Shown one piece after another: positions 26,798 through 36,443 of a stretch of DNA of 42,052 nt. Below the pieces are notes generated by a model, which was not told where the DNA came from, ran no database searches, and was given only the letters and a program-made list of their open reading frames with translations. Position numbers and translations under genes: made by a program. Source of the stretch: a virus (Duplodnaviria > Caudoviricetes); the IMG/VR virus record IMGVR_UViG_3300015370_000517, positions 1 to 42,052 of that record, one strand, 5' to 3'. Positions within the stretch are counted from its first letter, which is position 1. Each line of letters begins with the position of its first letter.

Positions 26798-27235
26798 TTA
26801 TAGTATCTCTATCAACGCGTAGGTTTCTGAACCTGCATCGCTTAGTGCGCGTCCGATAGGGAAGTCTGATTGTGAACCTGTGCCGACAAAGTTTCGAACT
26901 GCGTTCACTCCTGCACAAATAACAGGGTAACCGTTCGTTACTGTACCATCACAAAGAAGGATGAATGTTCCTTTTGTTGCTACTGCTACTGGCGTATTAC
27001 TTCCTGCGCTGTATAATGCAATACCATTAAATTGTGCTCCGCTAGCACCTGGTATGAATACAATATCAGTTGTTACAAAACTATTAGCTCCTGAACTAAT
27101 ACAATCTGTTGCTCCGCTAGCATATACTAATGCTCCACCGCTAATGTTTGTTCTAGCGTATCCTGATATGATACTAGGCGCGCCATTATCAAACAATTGT
27201 ACGGCTCCGAGTGGATTTCCTATTCCTGCTGCCAT
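26798..27235 (-). CDS. Capsid decoration/cement protein
   Basis: Between protease and MCP; GIAL...VAVATKG...IGRAL pattern; GAGGTGA RBS. Confidence 0.7.
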   Translation of the reverse strand: MAAGIGNPLGAVQLFDNGAPSIISGYARTNISGGALVYASGATDCISSGANSFVTTDIVFIPGASGAQFNGIALYSAGSNTPVAVATKGTFILLCDGTVTNGYPVICAGVNAVRNFVGTGSQSDFPIGRALSDAGSETYALIEIL

Positions 27236-27239
27236 TTTT

Positions 27240-28172
27240 TCACCTCACCAACCGCTTTGCACCAGTAGTATCATACTCTTGGTAATACGCAAATCCGCGG
27301 TCTGCTCGAACAATCACTGCACCATCTAGTTCGGTTGTTTGTTCTTGTTCGTTTTGTACTTTTCCTTTTGTTCCTTCTTCCGTCTTCTTGTTCATTTCTT
27401 CAACTTTCTTTGCTACTTCGTCCTGGACGGCTTTCTGGAATTTTTCTGTTTCCAATTTTTCTCTTTCTGCTTCTTTGAACTTTGCAAGCTCTGCTTCTTT
27501 TTCTGCGAGAGTCTTTTGCAATGTTTCATTGGTGGCTTCGAGAGTTTTTATTTTCTCTTCTTCCATTTTTTCATCCTCGCTATAATTTTTTTGGTTATCT
27601 TCTTCAGGAATTGTAGTTTCATCTTGTTCACCTTCTTCTGGTATGATTGGTTCTTCTTCTGATTGTTTTATCTTAAATGCTTCTTGTACTGCACTATCAA
27701 ACCCCATAAATAATCCAGCATTAGGGTCTGCTGGCACACCAACCAATGATAATTCTAAAAATTCTATTCCTTTTGCTGTTATTACTTTTTCTCCGTTAAA
27801 GTCTTCTTCTATGAGGTCTTTTACTCGTGCTCCTATTGACACACTACTGACTAGTCCCTTTTTTATTTTTTGTTTCATAGATTCATCCATGATTCGTCCT
27901 TCAAAAGGTATTCTTTTGTTCGTTTCATCGAATGAAATATTGTTTGTGGTTCGCCCTACTATCGAGTCAACGCTATTGTCGTGGTCTTTGAGTATTGGCT
28001 TATTTCGCAATGTTGGCGCTCCAGTTCTTAGTTCTTCTGCAGTGTATCTTACGCCGTTTCGAGTGACTGTTTCGTTTATTGCCACTCCTCTAATGAGAAG
28101 GTCGTCGTCATTACTCGTTGTTAAGCTTTCAGATATGGGAACAGAATAATTTAGGTTCTTCCAACTTTTCAC
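27240..28172 (-). CDS. Prohead protease with C-terminal scaffold coiled coil
   Basis: PILKDH, VSIG, ELSLVGVPADP, then an E/K-rich coiled coil; GAGGTGA RBS, GTG start. Confidence 0.88.
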   Translation of the reverse strand: MKSWKNLNYSVPISESLTTSNDDDLLIRGVAINETVTRNGVRYTAEELRTGAPTLRNKPILKDHDNSVDSIVGRTTNNISFDETNKRIPFEGRIMDESMKQKIKKGLVSSVSIGARVKDLIEEDFNGEKVITAKGIEFLELSLVGVPADPNAGLFMGFDSAVQEAFKIKQSEEEPIIPEEGEQDETTIPEEDNQKNYSEDEKMEEEKIKTLEATNETLQKTLAEKEAELAKFKEAEREKLETEKFQKAVQDEVAKKVEEMNKKTEEGTKGKVQNEQEQTTELDGAVIVRADRGFAYYQEYDTTGAKRLVR

Positions 28173-28216
28173 TTTTTCACCTCTGCTCGTTTGTATATAG
28201 ATATTGACATTGTTTA

Positions 28217-28267
28217 AAATATATTTTTTGTTATTTATAAATTTTTTTATATAGTTTATATAAACTA
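28217..28267 (-). promoter_or_regulatory. 51-bp repeated promoter: 16-bp palindrome plus TATA box (capsid operon)
   Basis: TAGTTTATATAAACTA (28252-28267), then AAATTTATAAATAACAAAAAATATATTT; 50/51 identical to 36393-36443. Confidence 0.8.
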
Positions 28268-28275
28268 GTTAAGTT

Positions 28276-28536
28276 CTAACCTGCCCAGTTGAACTCTTTT
28301 ATAGTAATGCCGTTCGTATTGCAGTACGTATCCACGAGCGATTTGAGTTCTCCAAGCTTTACATAAGTGAATTCAACACCTTCAGCAAAAACTTTAATCT
28401 CTGTTGAATTGTTGACCTCAATGGTCTTCATGAGTGCTTCTTTACTAGCAAGTACGGGCATCATCGCACCAATTATCGTTCCGATGTCTGTTTGTGTCCA
28501 ACTATCCTTTGATATTGTCATTGTTATGCTTTCCAT
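28276..28536 (-). CDS. Hypothetical protein
   Basis: GGAGG RBS; 86 aa. Confidence 0.6.
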   Translation of the reverse strand: MESITMTISKDSWTQTDIGTIIGAMMPVLASKEALMKTIEVNNSTEIKVFAEGVEFTYVKLGELKSLVDTYCNTNGITIKEFNWAG

Positions 28537-28552
28537 TTTTCTATTCCTCCAT

Positions 28553-29227
28553 CTATTTTGAATATTTTCTCACTATGAATTTAGCCCACTCTGCCTCATG
28601 ACCACCAAGACCGAAAGCAGGACCAATATAGCCGAGTCCTGGCTTGCCAAGATAAGTAAACGAAGTCCCAGCAGCATCATTCAATGATATCAAGCCATCA
28701 CCACCCACGAGCGGTCCTGGCCCGATGTCAATATCATACAGGATATCGTGTCTTCGTATCAATACCGTATAAGGCGGTGGGTTTTTTCCCTCACTTACAG
28801 TTCCGATAGCCGTGCTTGTCACCCCACCAGCACTGTATTCTGTGTTCCAATTAAAAGTCCAAACTCCAGTCGTCTGATTTCTCAAAACCTCAACCCACAC
28901 GGCAGTCCGCCTTCCCGCAGCATACCTGACACTATGATAAATCTCCAAATAAACACCGTTATGAGCACATAAGACGACATCACAACTGAGCCAATGATAA
29001 TTACCACTCACATTCCCGACAATCACACCATCAGGAGTATAAACGCAAATATTATTCGGACTTGCGCCAGCACTATTACTGTATGCTTTTCCACTGCCAT
29101 CTTCTCTGATTGCCGCACTCCCGTTTATCTTAGTCCATCCCGCAGCGGTCAAATCCTGGTCGACTTCACTATCAAAGTAATCATCAAAAATAAGTCGTAT
29201 TCCTGTCCAACTACGAATCTTAGACAT
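28553..29227 (-). CDS. Putative lectin-like (beta-sandwich) virion protein
   Basis: IFDDYF..GW start; Gly/aromatic beta composition; ATG 29227. Confidence 0.5.
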   Translation of the reverse strand: MSKIRSWTGIRLIFDDYFDSEVDQDLTAAGWTKINGSAAIREDGSGKAYSNSAGASPNNICVYTPDGVIVGNVSGNYHWLSCDVVLCAHNGVYLEIYHSVRYAAGRRTAVWVEVLRNQTTGVWTFNWNTEYSAGGVTSTAIGTVSEGKNPPPYTVLIRRHDILYDIDIGPGPLVGGDGLISLNDAAGTSFTYLGKPGLGYIGPAFGLGGHEAEWAKFIVRKYSK

Positions 29228-30401
29228 CCTGATAGTACTCCACAAGATACGTCCAATCATTCGCTGTTGTCATATCAAGTGTGATTGCACTGTTGGCGGT
29301 GACTTGTTTGAGTCCTTTGCCAGGAAAGTGAATGTCTAATTGCCCGCCATAAGCAGGAAAATAAGACTTCTGAATAATATTACCATCACCACCAGTATCC
29401 TCAACCTTCATCGTACCATCTACGTTATCATTATTCACAATAAAAAGATGTTTTAAATAAGTATAACTTCCAGCTCCAGCAGCAGCTATGATTTCAGTAT
29501 CAACTACAATGTTTGCTGTTGCCCATGGGTACGCTTTATTAAGATATCCTATACTCGTATTCGCAGTTCCAGATAATCCTACAGTCTGTACTGCAATACT
29601 ACCAATCGTTGCAAGGTTTGTTTTTATTTCAACACTTCCAGTTACTAGTGCGAACACACTTCCTATTCCTATGCCGTAAATACTACCAACACCATAACTT
29701 ATTGTACTTCCTGTTATTCTCCAAGGGTCGGTTGATTGATTAACACTACCAAGTACGAACTGATTTGTATAACTTCCAATAGTCGCAGGATTAGCAATAA
29801 TCGCAGTACCTGAAATAAGAACATTCCCACTTACAACCCAAGGATTCGTAAATTGATAAACGCTGCCAACTCCATATGAAATAACACTTCCAGTAATACG
29901 CCAAGGGTCTGTTAACTGAGCAATACTGCCCAGCACATTCTGATTTGTATAACTACCAATAATCGCTGGTGTATCAACATAAACAGGACTTCCAACAACA
30001 CTATCTGTCGCACTTGTCAAATCACGAATGTCAAGATTGTTCGCCGTAAATATCCAACTCCCCTGCTGTGTCACTCCAAGATAACCATTATGCCTTGTCC
30101 ACAAAGCACCATTCTGGTCAACTCGTAATTCTACAGCATCATCCTCTGCGGGCGTCAAGCCTTCAAGTGTGTCATCCCTTTTTGCAAGAGCAAGTGTGCC
30201 TGTTGGAGTAATTCCTAATGCATCATCAACAGCGTATTGCACGTTTTGATTATTAACATTCATGCTGCCTAAAGTATTCCAAGGTGTTGTTCCTTGCCAT
30301 ACACTGCCAGGAAAATAAGCACCACTAACAGGAATTGCTCCTTCAGGAGTAATACGCATTTTGTACCCGCTTCCCGCTCCGTCAATAATTGTTTCTGCCA
30401 T
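29220..30401 (-). CDS. Fibre-like structural protein with internal GS..QxTxPW repeats
   Basis: LDIRDL; repeated GSVxQxTDPWRITGS. Confidence 0.6.
   Translation of the reverse strand: MAETIIDGAGSGYKMRITPEGAIPVSGAYFPGSVWQGTTPWNTLGSMNVNNQNVQYAVDDALGITPTGTLALAKRDDTLEGLTPAEDDAVELRVDQNGALWTRHNGYLGVTQQGSWIFTANNLDIRDLTSATDSVVGSPVYVDTPAIIGSYTNQNVLGSIAQLTDPWRITGSVISYGVGSVYQFTNPWVVSGNVLISGTAIIANPATIGSYTNQFVLGSVNQSTDPWRITGSTISYGVGSIYGIGIGSVFALVTGSVEIKTNLATIGSIAVQTVGLSGTANTSIGYLNKAYPWATANIVVDTEIIAAAGAGSYTYLKHLFIVNNDNVDGTMKVEDTGGDGNIIQKSYFPAYGGQLDIHFPGKGLKQVTANSAITLDMTTANDWTYLVEYYQDV
29672..29970 (-). repeat. Intragenic duplication with a 180-nt (60 aa) period
   Basis: PAIIGSYTNQNVLGSIAQLTDPWRITGSVISYGVGSVY vs PATIGSYTNQFVLGSVNQSTDPWRITGSTISYGVGSIY; tgatttgtataact at 29761 and 29941. 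Confidence 0.85.
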
Positions 30402-30793
30402 TATTTACAATATCGTATCATACATTTTATTGTTGTGCCTGTCATTGCTTTTATTGTGATGATGAGTTGTTCGTTCAACACTATTTTTTCGTGACTGTAA
30501 TTGAATCCTTCTCCGAATTTGTCAATTGCTCGTATGCGTAGTGGTAAGAGTTGACTGTCATGAAAGTCAACATTTTCATAATAGATAATGTTCGGGTGCA
30601 TTGCGCTTTGTATTATTATTTGTGCTTGTGTTGTTTCGAGGTATAAGCTTTCGAGGTGTCCGGTGATGTGTTCTGTTATGATTTGTGTCTGGTTTGTGTC
30701 TATGAGTTGTATTTCGTAATGTAGGTCAATAATGTTTTCTTTTTGTTTGTCTGGTTCTTCTGTTATTTGAATGTTAAGTTTTTCTTCTACCAT
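30401..30793 (-). CDS. Hypothetical protein, possibly structural (distantly like 25004-25384)
   Basis: ITGHLESL...LNEQLIITI resembles LNGTIHKI...INSTLRIV. Confidence 0.5.
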   Translation of the reverse strand: MVEEKLNIQITEEPDKQKENIIDLHYEIQLIDTNQTQIITEHITGHLESLYLETTQAQIIIQSAMHPNIIYYENVDFHDSQLLPLRIRAIDKFGEGFNYSHEKIVLNEQLIITIKAMTGTTIKCMIRYCK

Positions 30794-30795
30794 TT

Positions 30796-31797
30796 TTATA
30801 CCACCAAATTATTACCACTAATCGAATTCGCACCAATAATCAAATATGGCGTTATATTATTCTTAAAAATATTTCCCGTAATAACATTATAATCTGTTGA
30901 ATTATCGCTAACAAATCCGGAACCGGCGTGCCCATAAATAAAATTGGAATTTATAATATTTATACTTCCGCCATTCAGATAAATACCATTTCTGGCATTT
31001 GAACCTATCTGGTTACCGATTATCGTATTCATGTGTGAGATTCCATTGATAAAAACACCGTCTCTCCGATTATCACATATTTGAGAATTAGACACAATAT
31101 TATTATTTCCATTCGTTATAATACTAACCCCATCTTTATTTTCTCTAGAAACACAATTACTCATAACACTTCTATCTCCGTTTTCAAAATTAAACCCGTT
31201 ACCACTATTGTGATACGACACACAATTTGATAATGTCACAAAATCGGTACTTCCTGTAGAATAATAAACTCCAAATCCGTTGCTTGTCATTTGTATTCCA
31301 CTAATAGCAATACAGTTATTTATTGTAATTGCAGAAGCATTAGCAGTTATAATATTATCTGCAAAACTTTTATTTACTATACAATCATTTATTTTAATAT
31401 ACCGTGATTTATTGAATATTGTTATTCCATCCCCTTTAACATTTTCAACGTATAAATTTGATATTACGCCGTGTTGGACACTAGAAAATCCTACACCATG
31501 AAGATTGGTAAGACTTTGATTATCTCCATTTCCATCAATGCAGAGGTCAGAAATTTGTATGTTATTGCATGCTTCTGCTTTTATTGCATGAACGTTTGTT
31601 CCTCCACTTACAAATAATATGGTAGAACGACCAGCACCACGTAATGAAATATTATCGTGTGTTATCATTATGCTTCCTGTAATAAAATGCGTTCCTGCTG
31701 GTATGTACACCTCACCACCAGACGCCGGCAAAGAATTTATAGCAGACTGAATATCACCATTATAATCCCGAACATTCCGAATAGCACCAGTAGTCAT
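30796..31797 (-). CDS. Right-handed parallel beta-helix (pectin-lyase-like) protein
   Basis: NVRDY, IQSAINSL..GGEVYIPAGT, LRGAG, many IxNN/GI repeats. Confidence 0.88.
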   Translation of the reverse strand: MTTGAIRNVRDYNGDIQSAINSLPASGGEVYIPAGTHFITGSIMITHDNISLRGAGRSTILFVSGGTNVHAIKAEACNNIQISDLCIDGNGDNQSLTNLHGVGFSSVQHGVISNLYVENVKGDGITIFNKSRYIKINDCIVNKSFADNIITANASAITINNCIAISGIQMTSNGFGVYYSTGSTDFVTLSNCVSYHNSGNGFNFENGDRSVMSNCVSRENKDGVSIITNGNNNIVSNSQICDNRRDGVFINGISHMNTIIGNQIGSNARNGIYLNGGSINIINSNFIYGHAGSGFVSDNSTDYNVITGNIFKNNITPYLIIGANSISGNNLVV

Positions 31798-33377
31798 TAT
31801 GATGTAATATTATTAGCAAGCAACGTATTCGTGCCAACAACACTTGTTCCTCCAGTATTATTTCCTTCAACCATATTCCCTATAATAAGATTATAATCCC
31901 CACTTGTATCTTCTAATATTCCATAATTTTGAGTCTTAGTTCCCTGGTCATCAGTACACACATTCCCATTCAAAGAACACCTAGTAGAACCTATAAGTCT
32001 AATACCACTATACGTCGTGCCACCACTTCCAAAACCAGAATTAATAACCTGATTATTACTAATCGTTGTATAAGAACAAACAGCAGTAGTATTCCCAAGA
32101 TAAATTCCTTCCTGACCACAATCATACAAACAATTACCGTTTATTTGATTATACAAAGCATTACCATTAATACTAATACCTCGTTGGCCTGAAGCATTAA
32201 TCTGGTTGTTCGCAATAAGTATGCGTTGACAACCACCGCTCGATAATTGAATACCGTGACCTCCGGCACCCTGAATCTGATTATCAGAAACAACACCATC
32301 GGTGCAACCCGCAAGGCTTATACCTTCGGCAGTTCCGGCAACTGTCTTTATGATGTTTCCTACTATTGAGAAATTTGTCGCTGCAGCACTCACATTTATA
32401 GCATTAGCAACCGTTGTCTCTATGATGTTATTTGAAATATTAAAATTTGAAGTTGTTGCGCTGTTAATGTCAATTCCAATATTCACACCAGAAATAACAT
32501 TTCCTTCCAGTACAAAATAGTCGGCGTCAATATTAATTCCCACACTTGCAACAGTCTTAATCATGTTGCCCTTGATTATCGTATAATCAGGTACGGGAAC
32601 AGTACCACCATCAATTGCAGTAATTCCATGACCACTACAATTGAAAACGATATTGTCAGAAATCACTGTTCTTATTCCACCCTCTGTTCCAATACCATTC
32701 ACGCACAGCGTAACGTAATTTCCTATAATCTGATTATCGTAAGTGTCATTTGTTGCGTCTTCGTCATAACAAGCAATTCCATTATCGCTCGTGCTTCCGC
32801 TTGTGCTGACGATGTTACCCATGACTTTACTACTGAATGTTTTTGAGAGTGTGATGATGTCATTATCTGTTGAACTTATACAATAATTATTAAAGAACAT
32901 GAGATTGTTGCTTCCCGTTCCTCCTCTTAATAATGTCTTTCTCACGTCGTGAATGTAACAGTTTTCTACGGTGACGAACGAACTTGCGGTTATAATGTTT
33001 ATTCCATTTCCGTCAGTATTAGATGCCATAGTCCCGTCAACTTGCAAATCACATATTTTCACGTTCGTCTTTCCAATTACACTGATGACATCTGTATTCG
33101 CACTTACTCCAAGTTTGAGAATGGTTGACCATCCTGCTCCTCTTAATATAACATTATCGTCAAGAGTGATTGATGCAGTTATCGTGTACGTTCCTTTTGC
33201 AAGAAACACCGTACCACCAGACGTAAGACTATCCACTGCCGCCTGCACACCAGCACCAGTCTGAGCATACGTCGTCCCATCAACCACAACAAAAGGAAGA
33301 CTCACACCAGTAAACAAGCCACCCTGAATATCCACACTCAAATTCGGAGTCGTAAAATCAACATTAATATCGCTCAT
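31797..33377 (-). CDS. Right-handed parallel beta-helix (tailspike-like) protein
   Basis: VQAAVDSL..GGTVFLAKGTY, LRGAGWSTILK, IxGNxI repeats, TQNYGI. Confidence 0.88.
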   Translation of the reverse strand: MSDINVDFTTPNLSVDIQGGLFTGVSLPFVVVDGTTYAQTGAGVQAAVDSLTSGGTVFLAKGTYTITASITLDDNVILRGAGWSTILKLGVSANTDVISVIGKTNVKICDLQVDGTMASNTDGNGINIITASSFVTVENCYIHDVRKTLLRGGTGSNNLMFFNNYCISSTDNDIITLSKTFSSKVMGNIVSTSGSTSDNGIACYDEDATNDTYDNQIIGNYVTLCVNGIGTEGGIRTVISDNIVFNCSGHGITAIDGGTVPVPDYTIIKGNMIKTVASVGINIDADYFVLEGNVISGVNIGIDINSATTSNFNISNNIIETTVANAINVSAAATNFSIVGNIIKTVAGTAEGISLAGCTDGVVSDNQIQGAGGHGIQLSSGGCQRILIANNQINASGQRGISINGNALYNQINGNCLYDCGQEGIYLGNTTAVCSYTTISNNQVINSGFGSGGTTYSGIRLIGSTRCSLNGNVCTDDQGTKTQNYGILEDTSGDYNLIIGNMVEGNNTGGTSVVGTNTLLANNITS

Positions 33378-33724
33378 AACACACTCCGAGTCACATCATC
33401 CAAAACAGAAAAGCGACCACGAATAATCGTACTAATAGTAGCACCAGACTTCAACTGCACATCATACCAGTACACACCAGGAGTCCACGTCGTACTCAAC
33501 GCGCTAAGAATAGGAATAGTCGTCATCCCACTAGCAGCGTACGTGTGAGAAGTCACAATCCAACTACCAATAGCAGTACCATCACCACTCACAGTAAAAG
33601 AAGGCTTCACAGTCATAAACACACTCCCATTCGTAATGTCATAACTCACACTACCATTTCTCGTGATAGTCATCGTGATACTCTTATCATCGCCACGGTA
33701 CATGCTCAAGTCAGTATTAACCAT
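33374..33724 (-). CDS. BppU-N-like Ig-fold adaptor protein
   Basis: RGDD..YDITNG..MTVK..GVYWYDVQL..RGRFSV..DVT. Confidence 0.7.
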   Translation of the reverse strand: MVNTDLSMYRGDDKSITMTITRNGSVSYDITNGSVFMTVKPSFTVSGDGTAIGSWIVTSHTYAASGMTTIPILSALSTTWTPGVYWYDVQLKSGATISTIIRGRFSVLDDVTRSVL

Positions 33725-33962
33725 CTTCTTTACCCTCTTGTACGAAACCCAAATGTTTCTTAATCCTTTCATAACAAATAGTCTTCGTTCTTCCTTTAGT
33801 CTCAACATAAAACATTGTTCTATATCCTTCAATTTCTTCAGTGCCACGCATTATTAACGTATGATAATTATTGTATTCTAAAATGGAATCTTGCATCATA
33901 TCCATTAGTAGTTCAACATACTCATGCTCTGAAATAACAATACGTTCTAATTTTGCAATCAT
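33717..33962 (-). CDS. Hypothetical protein
   Basis: GAGG RBS; overlaps both neighbours. Confidence 0.55.
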   Translation of the reverse strand: MIAKLERIVISEHEYVELLMDMMQDSILEYNNYHTLIMRGTEEIEGYRTMFYVETKGRTKTICYERIKKHLGFVQEGKEDG

Positions 33963-34282
33963 AATTCCTCTGGATTTTCAATATACTCAAAATGTTGACG
34001 TTCAACGTACACATCATTCTTATTACCATGACTCGTCCTAGGATGACTCCTCTCCGTTTTTGCCATCGTGTCAGGGTCAGAGTGGTCGTTAGCAATTCCT
34101 ATCTGGTGAGTTATTCCAGGTTGTTCAACACTCGTTACTCCCTCAAACTCTCTATTTCCAATACGAACGACATCATCAGTATCAAGAGCGGTTATTCCAC
34201 TATTACACTCGTGCACGTAATCTCCAGAGTAAAGAGCAAATATTATTTGTTCATTACACCTTGGACAATTTCTGGCAGTCAT
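33959..34282 (-). CDS. Hypothetical protein with N-terminal CPRC..HEC zinc motif
   Basis: ATGA coupling; CPRC and HEC. Confidence 0.6.
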   Translation of the reverse strand: MTARNCPRCNEQIIFALYSGDYVHECNSGITALDTDDVVRIGNREFEGVTSVEQPGITHQIGIANDHSDPDTMAKTERSHPRTSHGNKNDVYVERQHFEYIENPEEL

Positions 34283-34434
34283 TTTTTCATCCACTCCGAC
34301 ACTTCATCTTGCTCCTTCTTCCTCTTGTCATTCACAAAATCTTCTGCGCAATGACCACAAAAGAATTGTCCTCGTATGCTAAGCACTGCACTCTCTGCTA
34401 TCTTACACCTTGCGCATTCTGGTCTCGATTTCAT
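34279..34434 (-). CDS. 51-aa zinc-finger microprotein
   Basis: Manual translation MKSRPECARCKIAESAVLSIRGQFFCGHCAEDFVNDKRKKEQDEVSEWMKK; ATGA overlaps at both ends. Confidence 0.65.
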   Translation of the reverse strand: MKSRPECARCKIAESAVLSIRGQFFCGHCAEDFVNDKRKKEQDEVSEWMKK

Positions 34435-36377
34435 AATACATTCAACTCCGTTATCGCACTAATAGTACACCTGCACATGACATGCTTTGGCGGTTTTACA
34501 TTACTGTCAATATCGAATACCTTACCATTCAATTCTTCGCACACTGGGCATGTACGATTTGACAATGCTGATATCCAACTGTACTGTGTTATTCCTGACT
34601 TCTTGTACAGTGCTGCTGCTCCACCGTTCGCTGCTCGTATTGTTTCTGTTCTTGCAATAATGATTGGTCGTATCTTCTCGCTTATTATTCTCCTAATATT
34701 ATTCTGGTCGTCAGTGATTATAAGACTGCCAGGGTTTACTTCCTTCTTTATCTGCTTTGCAATATCTCGCATGCTCCATCCTTCCTGGAATGATTCTCTC
34801 AATACTTGTTTCAAGCTTTGTATTTGCTCGGCTGATAACTTTCCCAATAGTACTTCTTGTTCTGTAACAGCCGCGAGTAAAGTGTACGGGTCGTTCTCTA
34901 TATAATACAATATTTCGTCAGTGTACTTTTGGTAATTAAAACCTATCCACTCGGTGAGCGTGTACTCGCTTGCCTCCTCAACATGGTTTAAACTGTGAGA
35001 ATAAAACTCTTCTTCATCACTCACAGGTTTTGGAGTGTTCTTGTTCTGCCCTGGTACTATCGGTTGTGGTCGTTCTTCCTCGCGCTCTCGTTCTAATTCT
35101 GCCTTCTTATCCTCTAATTCTTGCTTTCGCACTTCCATCTCTGCCTCGTGCGCGAGTTGTATCTTTTCAACATCATAACCGAGCTGTGCGGCAAGGTCCA
35201 TCACTGCCTCATCTTGCAATCCTGACGTGAGCATAGGATTCGAGAGAATTCTTAATAACAGGTCAATACGCCTGTTCTTCTCATCATCTGACGGTCGTCC
35301 CCACTCAAACTCTACATGAACGTCCAAACCGTTAGTTAATAATAATGGCTTGAATATTTTTTGTTCTATAACCTTTTCTATCTCAGCTTGCTTGCTCGCA
35401 ATGTTTCTTTGCCAAGCATCCATCTGGACGCCAGCAAGACCTTCTGGAATACTACCGCTTCCCATGAGCACTTCTGGAACTTGGAACGCGAAGAATAACA
35501 TTTTAGCATCATGGTCTAGGATGAAACTGAATCGTTCTCCAATATTTCCGAAATTTAACGTTGAGAACTTAACGCCAGGTCCTACCGCCCATTCTTGCTT
35601 ATTATTTAATGATTCTAACTCTTTCCCTAATGCTTCTACCGTACCATCTGGCGGTATGCTCGGAGGGTCTGTTGTCAAGTCGCCAACGGTTGCGATGATT
35701 GGAGTGTTCGCTTTTCTTTTCATTAATGAGTGTAATTCTTTTTGTGCGCACAAGAAATCGTTTATCAAGTCCATCGCCGGGTGAACTATTCCTTCGCCGT
35801 AAGCGTCATTTCCTATCCTGTTAATGCTCAAATGAGCGACTTCTTTCGTTTTAAACGGTGTTATCTTTCCAAGATTGACAATCCTATTCTCTGTATAACC
35901 GACGTACTGGTTGTACCCTTGTATCTCCCCATTGTCGTTTCGGTCTACGAACATGTATTTAGAATCTAATATTTTTACTTCTCCACCGCTCGTTATTTCT
36001 AAGAATGCGTTACCTTTCACTAATGCTTCTTTCACGTAAGAACGAAGTAGCATGTCAAAGTCGACATCCTGCATCCAATCCTCAATTATTTGTTGTGCCC
36101 GCTCGTCCTTGCTCTTGACGAAGAATCCTGATACTATAAAGTCAACGTACTTGTCAATGACTCCTGTGACGAAGCCGAACTTCTTGTATAATCCTTCGCA
36201 CTCTGCAAAGTTGAACGGGTGTTCCACTCCTAATTCTTTTGGAAATAATACTTTTTTCTGGACGACTCCACCCTTGAACTTCTCGGTTGTTAGATTAAGA
36301 GGTATTGAGACTTGATAGTTTTCTCTACTAGTAACTGGTGTTACCAACTGTTTTTTGTTTCTGCTGAGGAATCCCAT
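34431..36377 (-). CDS. Portal protein fused to a Mu gpF/SPP1 gp7-like minor head domain
   Basis: Portal: ALVKGNAFLE, EVAHL..YG, FQVPEVLMG. C-terminus: IARTETIRA, RTCPVCEELNG, PPKHVMCRC. Confidence 0.88.
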   Translation of the reverse strand: MGFLSRNKKQLVTPVTSRENYQVSIPLNLTTEKFKGGVVQKKVLFPKELGVEHPFNFAECEGLYKKFGFVTGVIDKYVDFIVSGFFVKSKDERAQQIIEDWMQDVDFDMLLRSYVKEALVKGNAFLEITSGGEVKILDSKYMFVDRNDNGEIQGYNQYVGYTENRIVNLGKITPFKTKEVAHLSINRIGNDAYGEGIVHPAMDLINDFLCAQKELHSLMKRKANTPIIATVGDLTTDPPSIPPDGTVEALGKELESLNNKQEWAVGPGVKFSTLNFGNIGERFSFILDHDAKMLFFAFQVPEVLMGSGSIPEGLAGVQMDAWQRNIASKQAEIEKVIEQKIFKPLLLTNGLDVHVEFEWGRPSDDEKNRRIDLLLRILSNPMLTSGLQDEAVMDLAAQLGYDVEKIQLAHEAEMEVRKQELEDKKAELEREREEERPQPIVPGQNKNTPKPVSDEEEFYSHSLNHVEEASEYTLTEWIGFNYQKYTDEILYYIENDPYTLLAAVTEQEVLLGKLSAEQIQSLKQVLRESFQEGWSMRDIAKQIKKEVNPGSLIITDDQNNIRRIISEKIRPIIIARTETIRAANGGAAALYKKSGITQYSWISALSNRTCPVCEELNGKVFDIDSNVKPPKHVMCRCTISAITELNVL

Positions 36378-36392
36378 GAAGAGGAATTCTGT

Positions 36393-36443
36393 AAATATAT
36401 TTTTTGTTATTTATAAATTTTATTATATAGTTTATATAAACTA
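36393..36443 (-). promoter_or_regulatory. 51-bp repeated promoter: 16-bp palindrome plus TATA box (portal operon)
   Basis: Palindrome 36428-36443, TTTATAAA 36410-36417, portal ATG at 36377 with no SD. Confidence 0.8.
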
